Source: an uncultured Fibrobacterota bacterium (lineage in GTDB: Bacteria > Fibrobacterota > Chitinivibrionia > Chitinivibrionales > FEN-1185). From it: a stretch of 64,000 nucleotides of DNA. This document shows, in pieces, positions 38,921-51,660 of this stretch. Below the pieces are notes generated by a model. That model saw nothing but the letters and a program-made list of their open reading frames with translations. It ran no database searches and had not been told where the DNA came from. The DNA lies in NCBI GenBank assembly GCA_963753345.1, contig CAVWBU010000015.1:1-64000 (forward strand), written 5' to 3'. Made by a program: the position numbers and the translations under genes. Each line of letters begins with the position of its first letter. Within the stretch, counting starts at the first letter, position 1.

Positions 38921-39042
38921 ATGGATGATATTGAACTATGTCACAACTCAGACTAGTGACTGAGTAGGCCGAATCATGTGGTGTGACGATTTATCGAGGG
39001 CTGCAAGAAAGCCTTGACGGTGAAACATCGGGAGGACGAGCG

Positions 39043-42000
39043 ATGAAGAAGCTGTCGAAACTTCACAAATGCGCAATAGCTGTTATCGTGTTGGGGGGGT
39101 GTTGCAGCAGCATTTTTGCTCAACCCGCCGACAATTATGCCAATTGGAATCACTACACAAATGTGATATTGAACACGCAGGCGACCGGCGCGAACATTGC
39201 CACCGCTCAGGCTGGTTTCCCCGTGCTCGTGCGCTTGACAAGCACAACACCAACGTTCTCGTTTGGCCAGGCGCAATCCGGTGGACAAGATATCCGCTTT
39301 GCAAAATCCGATGGCACGCATATTCCGTATCAGATAGAGCGATGGAACAGCGTAAACCAGATTGCGGAAATATGGGTAAAATTTGACGTGAACGGCAACG
39401 ATAATACGCAATATTTTGTCATGTACTGGGGAAATGCAGCCGCATCCGATAGCTCCAACGGAGCAAATGTGTTTTCAAGTTCAAACGGGTTTTTGGGCGT
39501 GTGGCATCTTAAGGAACAGGGGAATTCCAACGTGGGCGGCTATGCAGACGCAACCGGAACGCACGTTGCCACCGGCAACAACATGGTTGCCGGCGACCAG
39601 GTTGCCGCGGCAATTGACAGCGGGCAGAATTTTGGGAATGGAACTTTAGGGAAAACTATTTCGCTCTTCCAGTCCGGAAGCGGGAGCGGATGTACTGTGG
39701 GCATTACAGCACTGCAAACGAACGGTGCAATAAATACTATCAATCCGACACCGGTGACTGGCGGCACAGGGTATGCGGTGGGCGATCAACTGCTTGTGGC
39801 TGGCGGGTCCGGCGGATATGTCCACGTCACCGCCATAGGAGCGGGAGGCGCCGCCACAACCATTGCGCTCACGGAATGCGCTCCTCAAGGAGGCACGGGA
39901 GCGGGCGACACCCTGAACATAACGGCTACGGGAGGCGTTATCACCGGGGTAACGGTTCGCCACGATTACGGTTATTACCATGTCAACGATGTCTTGACAG
40001 TGGGACAAGCTGGGAGCGGAAACAATGCACAGGTGACGGTAACTGCGACATACACAAACGCGGGTACTATCAATGCCCTCGCCATAACGAACGGAGGAAC
40101 TGGGTACACCACCGGTATCGCAACTACGACGAATGCAAGTGCATATACGGTAGGAACAGCGGCAACCAAGGATATCGGGCCGGGTGCAGCACTTGCCGCC
40201 GCATCAAATTTCTCATTTTCCACATGGGTTTTGTCGACCGGAAGCACAAACTCTGATTGCATCTTCAACATGGCGACCGCCACCAACGGCCATTACATCC
40301 TGCTTGACCGTCAGGACGCGAACAACCTGAATGTCTCGACATCCGGTCCCAACGGCCACAATTGCTACACCATCGACAATTCGTATCCAGCCTCGCCGGG
40401 AACATGGTCGCATGTCGGTTTTACGGTGACAGCTGCGGGCGTCATCGCGATTTATGTGAACGGGTTTCCCAGCACGGTAACAACAACAGCAAATGCAATT
40501 GGGTCGGGATCCTATTACCTGAACCGTCTTGGTGCCACTTACTACAACGGTGATGCACAATTTTTTCAAGGCCAACTCAACGAAGCCGAGGCCTCCAACG
40601 TCGCTCGTTCAGCCGATTGGATGAACCTTTGTTATCAAAGCCAGAAACCCGGAAGCAACTGGATTTCTTATTACGCACCCGTCACCTCGGCGCCTGGAAT
40701 CACTTCCATTCTGCCCGCGAGCCAGACGGTAAATTCCGGGCAGGGAGTGACAATAAGTGTTGTTGCAACCGGAGGAGGCCTCGGCTATCAGTGGCAGCAA
40801 AGTAATGATGGTGTAAGCAATTGGACAAATATTTCGGCAGCCACCGCCGGCACCTACAACTTTACGGCCGGTGCCGCAGGCACCACGTACTATCGCGACA
40901 GTGTGTACAATACCATGGGCAGCGTTACCTCCAGTGCCGTTTCAGTTACTGTGATTTGTCCTTCTCCCATCACCACGCAACCAAGTCCCTGGAGCGATAC
41001 GGCCGGCCAGAACGCCACATTCAGCGTGGGGACCTCCGGCTCCGGTCTCACCTACCAATGGCAACGCCTGAATGCCGGCGGCACCACGTGGGGAAACGTC
41101 ACCACGGGCATCGGCGGTAATACCGCAACATATTGCTTGACAACCGCTACCGCTGATAATGGGGCGCAGTTCCGCTGCCAGGTGACTGCGGCCCTGCGTT
41201 ACCTACACAAATGCGGCATTGCTTACCGTTTGCACGCCGCCGGGAACCTTGCAGCAGCAGCCAGTTTCCTGGGCTGGTATAGCCGGTTCAACGGCGTCAT
41301 TCTCGATTGTCATTGCCGCGGGCGTCACATCTCCTGCTTATCAATGGCAGCGCAGCAACGACACCGGAAAGACCTGGGCAGCGGTGCCGACAGGTAACGG
41401 CTCCGGTGCAACCGCGACATACACTTTCATAGCGCAGGCTACCGATAATGCCGCCGAATTTCGTTGCGTGATAACCGGTGCGTGCGGAACCACGACCTCC
41501 ATCGCCGTAACCGCATCCGTCTGTTCTCCTCCGTCAATCACTACACAGCCCGCAAACCAGAACGTAACCGACGGCGCAACGGCCACATTCACCGTTGTGC
41601 CGGGAAGCGGAACCTACACTTACCAATGGCAATCCAGCGTTGACACCGGCAAGGGCTGGAGCAATGTGGCAACGGGCGGCAATGCGGCAACACTTACCTT
41701 TGCTGCCAGCGTAGCGTGGAACAGTTATGAGTACCGGTGCTTGCTTCAAAACGGCTGCGGGAGCCCGGCGGTAACCGATACCTCCGCGGTTGCGACGCTT
41801 TTGGTGTGCGCGCCCGCAAAGGTGTTTTCCCAACCCGGTAACGCAAGTGTCAATGTCGGCGCGACAGCCACTTTTTCGGTTTCTGGGTCTGGTTCCGCGC
41901 CGCTGAGCTATCAGTGGCTGCGCGGCAACGGCGCGGCCTGGCTACCGGTCACCACGGGCACGGGCGGCACCACCAACACGTATCAACTGGTCACCGCGGG

Positions 42001-45000
42001 GACCGACAACGGCGCCCAGTTCCGCGTCGTGGTGACTAACGGCTGCGGGAAGGACAGTTCCGGCGCCGTTACCCTCACCGTATGCACGCCGCCGGTCATC
42101 ACCGCGCAGCCGGCCGACGTGAATTCAAATCCCGGTGTTGCGGACACGTTCACCGCGGGAGCGACCGGCACGAGCATCGCGTATCAGTGGCAGCGGAGCG
42201 ACAGTCTGGGGCAGGTGTGGAATCAGATACCAAACGCGACCGCGGCGGTCTATGTGATAACGCCTGCAATTACCGACAACGGCGCGGAGTTCAGATGTTC
42301 CATTGCGAGCCAATGCGGCGACACCATGACCCGGGTGGCCAAGCTGACGGTATGCGTGCCTGTCAAGGTGACACAGCAGAACATCGGCCCCGACAGCGTG
42401 CTGGTGGGCCAGGCCGTCAGGTTTGCCATGTCGGCGCAGGGTACGAATGTCGCGTTTCAGTGGCAGAGGAGCGGCGACGGCACGACCTTCACGAACATAC
42501 CCGGCGACACGGCGGACACGATTTCGTTTTTCGCGGCGATTGCGGACAGCGGGACGACCTTCCGGTGCATGGTGACGGGGAAGTGCGGGGCAGCGGTGAC
42601 GGGGAACCCGGGCCTTGTAAGGGTGTTTACGCCCGTGCATGCGCTGTTCGGCGTGTCGCCCGCCGCGGGCATTGTGCCGCTCACGGCTTCATTCACGGAT
42701 TCATCCACCGGGAGCTTTACAAAGCGGGTGTGGGACTTCGGCGACGGCTCGGAGGACTCGGTCATCACGGCGAACAAGAGCCTGTCGCACAACTTTACCG
42801 TTGCGAAGAACTACACCGTGAGGCTCGTGGTGTCGGGGCCCGGCGGCTCGGACACGGCGTGGAAGTCGGTCTTTGTCTACGTGCCGGGCGCGGACCCGAT
42901 CCAGATGTCCGGATCGTATGTTTCATCCCAGAAGGTTTCGGCGGTGTTTTCAAACTTCGATACCATCATCACGCCGTCGCCCCAGGTGATGGTGGATTCG
43001 GTGGGAGTGTGGTACAGGACGGGCGCGTATCCGCAGACGCCGGCGTCGCCCTCGACCTATCTCCGGAGCTACAGCGTTGCCGCGCTCAGGTCCAGGGGAA
43101 CGTCGACCTACACCGACACGCTCGCGGTGCCGGCGCTTGCGGCGACGGACTCGCTGTACGGGTTCATGAACGGGATTTTCTGGTCGGACGGCAAAATAAG
43201 CGCGTTCGATTCGGGGAACGGCACGCTGGTGCTGATGAGGGACACGTTCCCCATTATCAACAACCTCCAGCTCTCGGGGCGGTACGCGCCCGACGACACG
43301 GCGCTGGTGTTTCTCGGCAATGCGAACAAGACCGACACGTCGCGGGTGGACTCGGTGCTGTTGTGGTACAGCCTGACGGGCGACACGAACCCCAACTTTA
43401 AGGACACGAACTTTACGCTGCGTCTGACCGCGAAAGCGGTTGCCCGCGCCGGGGCGGGCGACACGATTCCGATTGTCAACGCGCTGTTCAACAATGAGCA
43501 GCGGACGATAGCGGTTGCGGTGGTGCTGGTGGGCCACAACACGAAGCAAAGCGACGTGAAGAAATATAAGTTTGTGGTCGGCAAGTTGCGTCCGATCAAC
43601 CCGATTCATCTGCGGGCGCAGGCGGTATCGTCGAACAGCATCAGGCTCACGTGGAAGAGCGTGGCGGGGAGCGGGGTGGAGCGGATCATGGTCTGGTACC
43701 GGGCCGGATCGCCGATACCGCTGCAGTACGATTTCACTTCGCTCAAGCTTGATTCGCTGAGCCCGTCCGTTGCGGACACGACCATTACGAGTTCGAAGTT
43801 CAACCCGCAGACGCGGTACTATTTCGGCGCGCAGGTGTACGCGAACGGGCTGTGGTCCTACGTGACGGACAGTTCCAGCGCATCCGATTCGACGTGGGCA
43901 ACGGGCGCGCCTCTGTCCAAAAACAACACGGCGATCACGTCGCTGGTGTTCGACCCGTCGGTGAACCAGATTCGGGTGTGCTGGAAGCTCGATTCCGCGG
44001 TGCTTGCCAACGGCGACAGCCTGCCGCAGCTTGCGATCGTATATTCCACGGATTCTTTTGCGACGTCGGTCGGCGCCAGCCCGCAGGTTGTGGACACCGG
44101 CGCAACGAGCTGCGCATACGTAAAGCTGCGCGAAGACCTGGTGTTCAACGCGACCTATTACGTGTCGCTGTGGCTGCGGGCGTCCAACAGCGCGTGGACC
44201 GCGCCGAGCACGCCGCAGGGCAGGCAAAGCGTTGTGGTGCCGATGTACAAATGGCAGAGCGTGCTCCTGTTTTCCAAGGATTACGACACCGTGTACGCGT
44301 TCAACCGTCAATTGCGGTTTACGAACCAGCCCGGCGATGTGAGCCGCGTGCCCGACACGGTGGTGGTGGATTCGATACATCCCTACGGCTTTACCCCGGT
44401 GAGCATCGCGTTCGAGTTCACGGTGAAGGCCGCGGGATGGCCGTTTAACGTTGGTATGAAGCTGGCGCCGATCCCGGCCGGCTATACGGCGAATGACGTG
44501 CGGATATTCCGTCTTATGCCGAACGGCGAGTGGATGGAGGACACGCTGCCCGTGTACGTGGATTCCGCGGGCGGCTATGTGTACGAGCTTACCAACCAGC
44601 TTGCCATGCCGTTTGTGGCCGGGATTGACATGAGGCGACCGTCGGCGCGGATCCTTACGAACCTGACCGATCCGGTGCCGGCGGGCGTTGCGATCATCGA
44701 CACCTTCCTGCTGAGCGACAACATTGCCAATCTCAGGTGGCGCTTCATGTCCACCAAGGGCGGGGAAGCCTTCGCGACAGGAGACACGACCCAGTCGGGC
44801 ATCCTGTCCGACACGAGCGCGCGGGTCGCAGTGACCACGCCGGGCACACTGGTGAGCCGGGACAACGGGGTCCGGGGAATGATCATCGTGACCGACGGAA
44901 CATACAGGGACACGGTGACCATATCGCGGAGGGTGGTGCGGGACACCTCCGACCTTGTGTGGACCGAAAACGGGAAGTGGGTGCCGATGAGCGTGACGGT

Positions 45001-46369
45001 CGATCTTGACACGCCATCGGCGATAACGGCGTTCCTGCCGCTCAGCGGCACGCCCTGGAAATACGACAATACGAAGTTCAGGGTGTTTCGGTGGGGCGCC
45101 ACTGCGGCGGACAAGTGGGTTGAATACGCGGACACCATCAGCAAGGCCTTCAATTTTGTGCGGGGCAGCCAGATGTGGGTGAAGGCGAAGAACAAGACGC
45201 CGATCCGGTTCGGCCGCGGCGTGACGCCGTCGCTTGACAGTTCGTTTATGGTGACGCTGCCGTCGAAGCAGTGGGTGGATCTTGCGCTGCCGTTCAATTT
45301 TGACATTACGGTTGCGGATATCATCGGCGCGACCAAGGACTCGGTAAAGACGGGCGATACGCTCGGCATCGATTCGGTGCTGATATTCGACTGGACAAAG
45401 GATACCACCGGACACTTCAGGACGGAGCTGATTTTTAACAACACCATCATCAGTCCCCAGCTCAACAATGCGGCGCAGCCGCTGAGTTCGTCCGATCCCG
45501 CCGGATTCACTTTCTACAATAACGGCGGCAGTGCGGTGCAGCTGGCGATTCCGCCGGTGCCGCAGGCAATGTCCACGCGTCTTGCAAAAAAGGCTGCGCC
45601 GAAGCAGCAGCAGGGATGGGCGATCGAGATAACATCAAAGCTGGGAGACGGAAGCATGATGTCGCCCGTGTACTGCGGGTATGCGAAGACGGCGTCGGCA
45701 ATCACGACGTACTATCCCGTGTCTCCTTCGTTCGGCGACGCGAGCCTGGGCGTATTTGACATAGGCACGAGGCGCGTGTTCGGGCATGCCATGGCGCATG
45801 CCGCGCCCGAGGGCGGGTGCGCGTTCTTGCTTGCGTTTTGCAACGACGGCACGCAGAGTCAGAAGATATCGTGCAGTCTTGCAAACCTTTCGTTGCTGCC
45901 CAAGGGCACTGAAGCGGCGCTGTACAACGACGCGACCGGCGCGTTTGAGAACCTGACCGGCGGTTCTGCGACCGTGTCGGTCGATGCGAACTCGAAGGGC
46001 TTCAGGTGGCTCCTGGTGGGTCCCAAGGAGTACCTTGCCAAGGCGTCGCTGATTGCGCGTCCCGCAGTGCTCAAGCTGTTCGGGACCTATCCGAACCCGT
46101 TCCGTTCCATGGTGCGCATCCGGTACAGCCTGCCGTACGTGGGCATTGACAGAGTGTTGTTCTCCATCTACGATATCCGCGGCAGAATGGTGTGGCGCAC
46201 CGAGGTGCCGGGCGCATCGACGTCCGGCGTGAACGACGTTCTGTGGAACGGCCGGTCTCAAGACGGCAGGTCCGTGGCGGCGGGTCTGTACATTCTGCGG
46301 ATGACGGCGTTCAACACGGACCGGAAGCCGTGCGGCGGGTTCGACAGGAAAATGACGTTTATGCCATAA
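39043..46369 (+). CDS. Giant surface protein, paralog 3: DUF2341, LamG-like head with insert, 7 Cys-containing Ig domains, PKD, FlgD-like tail; frameshift near 41190-41220
   Basis: ORFs 38983-41397 and 41219-46369 have the same domain order as paralogs 1 and 2. GGAGG RBS before the ATG at 39043. Ends DRKMTFMP. Confidence 0.85.
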
Positions 46370-46370
46370 A

Positions 46371-46447
46371 GAAGTTGAGAGGTTGAGAAGTTGAGGAGTT
46401 GAGAAGAAGAGGTTGAAAGTTGCAAGTTAAGAGTTGAGAGTTGAAAG
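46371..46447 (+). repeat. GTTGA 8-mer/7-mer tandem repeat
   Basis: GTTGAGAG GTTGAGAA GTTGAGGA GTTGAGAA ... GTTGAAA GTTGCAA GTTAAGA GTTGAGA. Confidence 0.8.
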
Positions 46448-46482
46448 CAAAAGGCGTAGAGTTCAAGGATCGCTGCATTTGG

Positions 46483-46512
46483 GGGTGCTCCGCCCGGATA
46501 GGCGGAGCACCC
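46483..46512 (+). terminator. Perfect 12-bp hairpin, terminator-like
   Basis: GGGTGCTCCGCC-CGGATA-GGCGGAGCACCC; no clear U tract. Confidence 0.5.
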
Positions 46513-46763
46513 AACCTCGCAAAGAATATTCGGTTTCTTCTTCGTTCGATAGAAGATCGTCGCCCGATCTTATTTTTGTTTCCATAAGTTTCATGAGAAT
46601 GAAATGTGCGGTCGTATATAAAAAGGCTGCAAGGGGTAAATGTTTTGACAGGCTGGGTTCGGGCTTGTGGAGCGATGAACGTTGAAAAAATCAATATGAT
46701 CTGCAAAGTGATAACCGACAAAATAATTATTCAGCGATAATCACCAACTCACAGGAGAATTGC

Positions 46764-48442
46764 ATGAAGGAATCAAGGATTCTGAAAAGAGTCGGGTGCG
46801 CGTGCGCCATTTTCGCGGTTGCGTTATCAGCAAGCGGACAAACTGTGTATCCACCCACGGTCATTGTGCCCGTAACCTACTTCGACTTTCATTCGGATGG
46901 GTCAAATCCGGATTTCAATCCGGGCAACCAATCCGGCAACCTTGTTCTTCCCGGCATGGTGCTGGACAGCTTTGACGCAGACGGACTGCCCGTGGGAAAT
47001 TCCAATGCCATACTTTACAGTTGGGGAATCGGAAAATGGTGGAGGTCTGGCCCCAAAGCCAGACGCCTTGTAATGACGGGAACGATTTTCAGCGGCCACT
47101 TATATGGCCCTGAGACGGGAGGCGGAACCGTCGCCTCGGCGTAAACACAGTCACCTACGACACCTCGTACAAGAACGTTGTGATTCAGGACAGCCTTGTT
47201 TTTACCTATGTGCCGGGCTCGGCAAGGAGGGTATCAGTATCAGAATTCGAATTTTTTCCGCTTGACGGCAGGGGTTTCGGCGCCGACGTTCCGACAATAA
47301 GTTTTAATGGAATGCCGCTCGATCGGACAATGAATACGCACAACTACTCTTTTGCCATGCACTTTAAGAAAAATTTTCAATACAAACGGGACAAACATTC
47401 GCCTTCGAAGGCGACGACGATATGTGGGTGTTTATCAATGGTCAATTGGCTTTGGACCTTGGCGGTATCCACGCCACTGTAATAGGGAATTTTTCACTTG
47501 ATGCCATAGCGTCCGGCCAGGGATTGGTCCCGGGGGCTTCGTCGACAATCGACGTCTTCTATTGCGAAAGACAAGCTGTCGGTTCGGACATCAAGATAAC
47601 CACCAATATCATTACCCGACCGCCTGGTCCGCAACTTGTCCCCGTTTCCTCATTCACCACCGACACGCTCCCGGTCTTTTCCTGGCATCCTCTGCCCAAC
47701 CAGGCGCCTTACACCATTCAGATAGACACAACTTCCTCTTTTACCACCCCGATGATCACCGTCGCGGTATCCGACACCTTCTTCAAGCCGCTTGTCAACC
47801 TGCCCTTCGACACGATCTACTGGCGCGTGAAAGGGGACAGCACGGCTTTTTCCACAGGTTCCTTCATAATTTACCTGGACACCGTCCCGGAGCTTGTCCG
47901 GTTCAACGGCGCTACGATTTCGGAAAGCAGACCGGTCTTCACATGGCACCCGGTGGTCAATGCTTTGTATTATGATTTCGATATTGCCGATAACGCGAGC
48001 TTCACCAATAAAACATCAGCTGTTGGTTGCGGCTATCTCGTATACGCCTCTTGCAAATCTGACTGACGGCTTGTGGTACTGGCACGTGAGCTGCAACAGG
48101 AACTATACGCTGTTCGCGCCGTACGACAGCGTGAATATCGCTGCAACGGGCGCAAAAGGTGTGCGGGCAAAGGCTGTGGCGCCATTTGTCAAGATGACGC
48201 GCCTCTCGCACTTCATGCTCCATCGTTTTCGGCGGCTACGACAAAGTCCAAGTGAGCGCGGCGGTATATTCGGTGAACGGAAAACTGCTGGCGCGGTTTG
48301 CCAGCGCCGCGTCCGGCACGGGACTGCTTCCTCTGGAACTACGCCGATCTCCACGGCAACCGCGTTTCCAACGGGCTGTACATTGATAGAAATACGGGCG
48401 GGTGAAAAACTGATCAGACAAAAAGTGCTTGTGACAAAATAG
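46764..48442 (+). pseudogene. Fibro-slime (PA14-like) domain secreted protein with Ig-like domains and C-terminal sorting tail; multiple frameshifts (pseudogene or sequencing errors)
   Basis: VPVTYFDFHSDGSNPDF, FFPLDGRGFG, HNYSFAMH, GDDDMWVFINGQLALDLGGIH, DVFYCERQ, spread over several frames. Confidence 0.75.
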
Positions 48443-48455
48443 AGATGGAGGCCCA

Positions 48456-49754
48456 ATGAAACTTCACTTGTGGGAAAAATCGTGCACGGGATCTGATGGC
48501 CGTGACAGGCGAGCCAACCCGGTTCGTTCTGCTTTCTTGCTCACGGTACTCGCATCATCGCTGTGCTTTTCCCAGACCTTCCCGCCGCTCCCGGAAGGCA
48601 ACACCGGCATTGCAGCGCATTATCCGAACGACGCGGGCATTTCCTCCGACTCTTCCGTCATCTTCGCCGACGACTTTGAAAGTTACGCCGACTCGTCAGG
48701 TCTTACCGCCAAATGGAACGGCGGCGTTTACCATAACGTGCGCATCGCAACCGAGCCCGGCCATGTGTTCGCAGGCGCAAAGTCCGTCGAGTTCTGCCTC
48801 CCGCAGCAGACCATAGAGTGGAGCAATACCGTTGCGCGCGATCTTGACAAGAACCACGAGCTCACCTTGCTCTTTCTAAGGGCCTACACCAAATTCGACA
48901 CGACATTCGATGTTGTCGGTTCAAGTCACAACGGCATCGGCATGTCGGCGCACTATTTCATCAACGACCAGGCAACGCCCGGCATTCCCGCCGACGGCTA
49001 CAACAAGTTCCTCATGGAATTCGAAAGCTGGCGCGGCGCCGCTGCCGACACATCGCCGGGCAGCCTCAACGTTTACATATACCACCCCGGACAGCGCTCG
49101 CAGTGGGGAGACCACTTCTTCCCGGACGGGGAAGTGATGCCCAACACGTCAATTCCCTACGACTTCGGCAGCGGCTTTGTGCCGCGTCCCTGGATCACCT
49201 GCAAGCTGGGCAAATGGTATTGCGTCGAGCTCATGGTCAAAGACAACACCGTAGGACAAAGCGACGGCAGGGTGGCGTGCTGGCTTGACGGAACGTTGAT
49301 CGCAGACTTTCAAACCTTGTGCTGCGCAAGGCGGATTCCCTCAAAATCAACCGGTTCAACCTTTCTTTGCACGCGGGTTCGAATCCGACCCGCCAGACGT
49401 ACAAATGGTACGACAACGTTGTCGCGGCCAAATCGTACATCGGGCCGATGGTGACGACAGGGACAAGGCAGGGATTGGTGAATGACAAATCGGACGCGAT
49501 CCACAAGCTGATGATTTCGCGAATGACATTGTCGTTTTCGCTTGATAAGAAATCGGCGGTGGGTGTCGCCATGTATTCAATGCAGGGAAGGATGATACGG
49601 GATTTGAGCGAGCGCGCGTTTGAGGCGGGAAGTCACCGGGTGACCTGGGATGGATGTGATGCAGAAGGACAGCAGGTTGCTCAAGGGAATCTATCTCGCA
49701 AGAATTGAGGTTGACGGAAAAGTGATGGCCGGCAAAGTGGCAGTGATCCGGTAG
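48456..49754 (+). CDS. Secreted jelly-roll (polysaccharide-lyase-like) protein with FlgD-like C-terminus; frameshifts near 49315 and 49690
   Basis: VIFADDFES, GKWYCVELMVK..T.GQSDG.V..WLDG, WYDNVVAA..YIGP, then YSMQGR..VTWDG. Confidence 0.65.
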
Positions 49755-49838
49755 CATGGGGAAGGGGAAGTCGCGAGAGCACGTAGAAGGTGTTTGGAAC
49801 AATTGCTGAGCAGTTCATAAGTAATGCAACACAAAATG

Positions 49839-49902
49839 TGTCACGGTGAGCCTGTCGAACCGTCTCGTACTCGATAGACCCTTCGACAAGCTCAGGGTGA
49901 CA
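49839..49902. repeat. REP-type inverted dyad
   Basis: TGTCACGGTGAGCCTGTCGAAC...CCCTTCGACAAGCTCAGGGTGACA. Confidence 0.8.
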
Positions 49903-49966
49903 TCGAAGCTATGAGATTATACTTATGAACTGCTTAGCAACTGAACACACGGAAGAAGGCAGTACC

Positions 49967-51607
49967 ATGAGCCGACGATCCGTCATTCCTTTTCTCATAC
50001 TTCTTGTCCTCACCAACATTGTTCTTGTTGCCGCCCAAACCATCACCACTGCAACCCCTGCCCGCGACTTCCTCAATTCCATCGGCGTGTGCACGCACAT
50101 CGGCCAGGGCGTTGACGACGCGTCGAAAAGCGCAACGGCAATGGCATACGCCGGCATACGCTTCCTGCGGGACGACGGCAACACCGCGCACGTGCAGGAC
50201 TGGATCACGGTGCACCAACAGTGCGGCGCCCGGATGTCGCTATTGACAAATCACGACATCGCGAGCACGATATCCATGGCCGAACAGCTTGCGGCAGCGG
50301 GCGCGCTCCTTGCCGTTGAAGGCCCCAACGAGCCCAACAACTGGCCGGTAACGTATCTGGGCCAGACATCGTCGAGCACCACGTCGTTACCGATTGCAAA
50401 GTTTCAACGGGACTTGTTCGCGGCAGTCAAGGCGGACACCAGTCTTAAGGGGATTCCGGTTTTTCATTCGAGCGAAGCGGGCGGGTCAGAACCGGATAAT
50501 TGTGGCTTGCAATTCCTCACCATTCCCAGCGGAGCGGGTACTCTGATGCCGGATGGAACCGTGTATGCCGATTACGCCAACACGCACAACTACGTCTGCG
50601 GCCACAGCGGGAAGCTCGTTGACAATGTGTGCTGGAGCGCGGAGGACCCGACCCTGAACGGCGACTGGGACGGATTGTACGTTGAGTACGGCCACACCTG
50701 GTGGGGGGCAGGCTTTAACGGGTACACCAATAGCCAGCTTGTTACGCTGCCGAGGGTCACCACGGAGACCGGCTGGACCACGAGCGGCAGTGCGACAAGC
50801 CTCACGGAAGAGCAGCAGGCAAGGCTTTTTCTTAATCTCTACCTTGCTGCGTATAAGCGGAACTGGAGCTACACCTTCATTTACATGTTGCGAGACGATC
50901 CCAATCAAGGGTACTGGGGCCTTTTCCACACGGATTATACGCCGAAACTTTCCGGTACCTATCTTCACAGTCTCACCACAATCCTTGCCGACAGCAACGA
51001 AATTGCAGCGCTAGGACAGGTCAATTATTCGATTCCGAACCAGCCGTCAACAGTGCATGATCTGTTGATGCAGAAAAGCAGCGGGGTTTATGATCTGGTG
51101 GTATGGAATGAAAGGCCGAGCGGGGGATCGAACAGCGTGACAGTGGATCTGGGTGCGAGTTTTCCGGCTGTGAAGGTGTATGATCCGACAACAGGGACGT
51201 CGGCGGTTCAAACGCTTGCAGACGTGAACTCGGTTTCGTTGACGTTGAGTGATCATCCGAATATTGTTGAGGTGATTCCCGCCAATTCAATTGCGTTTCC
51301 TGCAGCCCCGGTCAGACGTGCAAGCGGTTTCAATGCACTGCTTGTATTGACAAGGGGTGATTCTCGCGTAAACACGATTGGGTTTTTGTCAAACGCAAGA
51401 TCGGGGAACTTTGTTCTGACCGTTTGCGATGTGCGGGGGAGGGAATTGTATCGAACCGGCGTTCGCAATGCTGAAACAGGCAAAGGCCACACCGTTATTG
51501 TGTGGAACGGCAGCACCAATGATGGGACAAGGATCGGGAAGGGAGTTTACTTTGTTCGGTTTTGTTCAGGAGCGGCGGTCGAAATGAGAAAATTGGTTTT
51601 GGATTGA
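49967..51607 (+). CDS. Secreted clan GH-A-like glycoside hydrolase with FlgD-like C-terminus
   Basis: Signal peptide, EGPNEP (acid/base), NTHNY, TTETGW (nucleophile), DVRGR..VWNG..GVYFVR. Confidence 0.75.
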   Translation: MSRRSVIPFLILLVLTNIVLVAAQTITTATPARDFLNSIGVCTHIGQGVDDASKSATAMAYAGIRFLRDDGNTAHVQDWITVHQQCGARMSLLTNHDIASTISMAEQLAAAGALLAVEGPNEPNNWPVTYLGQTSSSTTSLPIAKFQRDLFAAVKADTSLKGIPVFHSSEAGGSEPDNCGLQFLTIPSGAGTLMPDGTVYADYANTHNYVCGHSGKLVDNVCWSAEDPTLNGDWDGLYVEYGHTWWGAGFNGYTNSQLVTLPRVTTETGWTTSGSATSLTEEQQARLFLNLYLAAYKRNWSYTFIYMLRDDPNQGYWGLFHTDYTPKLSGTYLHSLTTILADSNEIAALGQVNYSIPNQPSTVHDLLMQKSSGVYDLVVWNERPSGGSNSVTVDLGASFPAVKVYDPTTGTSAVQTLADVNSVSLTLSDHPNIVEVIPANSIAFPAAPVRRASGFNALLVLTRGDSRVNTIGFLSNARSGNFVLTVCDVRGRELYRTGVRNAETGKGHTVIVWNGSTNDGTRIGKGVYFVRFCSGAAVEMRKLVLD

Positions 51608-51613
51608 TTCCTC

Positions 51614-51642
51614 TTGCATAAGCGTACGCAATAGCGTACATT
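51614..51642 (+). promoter_or_regulatory. yefM-yoeB promoter/operator
   Basis: TTGCAT, 17-nt spacer, TACATT, with two GTAC cores 12 bp apart (51624, 51636). Confidence 0.7.
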
Positions 51643-51660
51643 GTATCGTGGAGGCACACC

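Noticed and set aside
26330-40170. Prophage or contractile injection system locus
   Set aside because: Only isolated virion-like domains inside secreted proteins; no sheath, tube, terminase, capsid or integrase genes.
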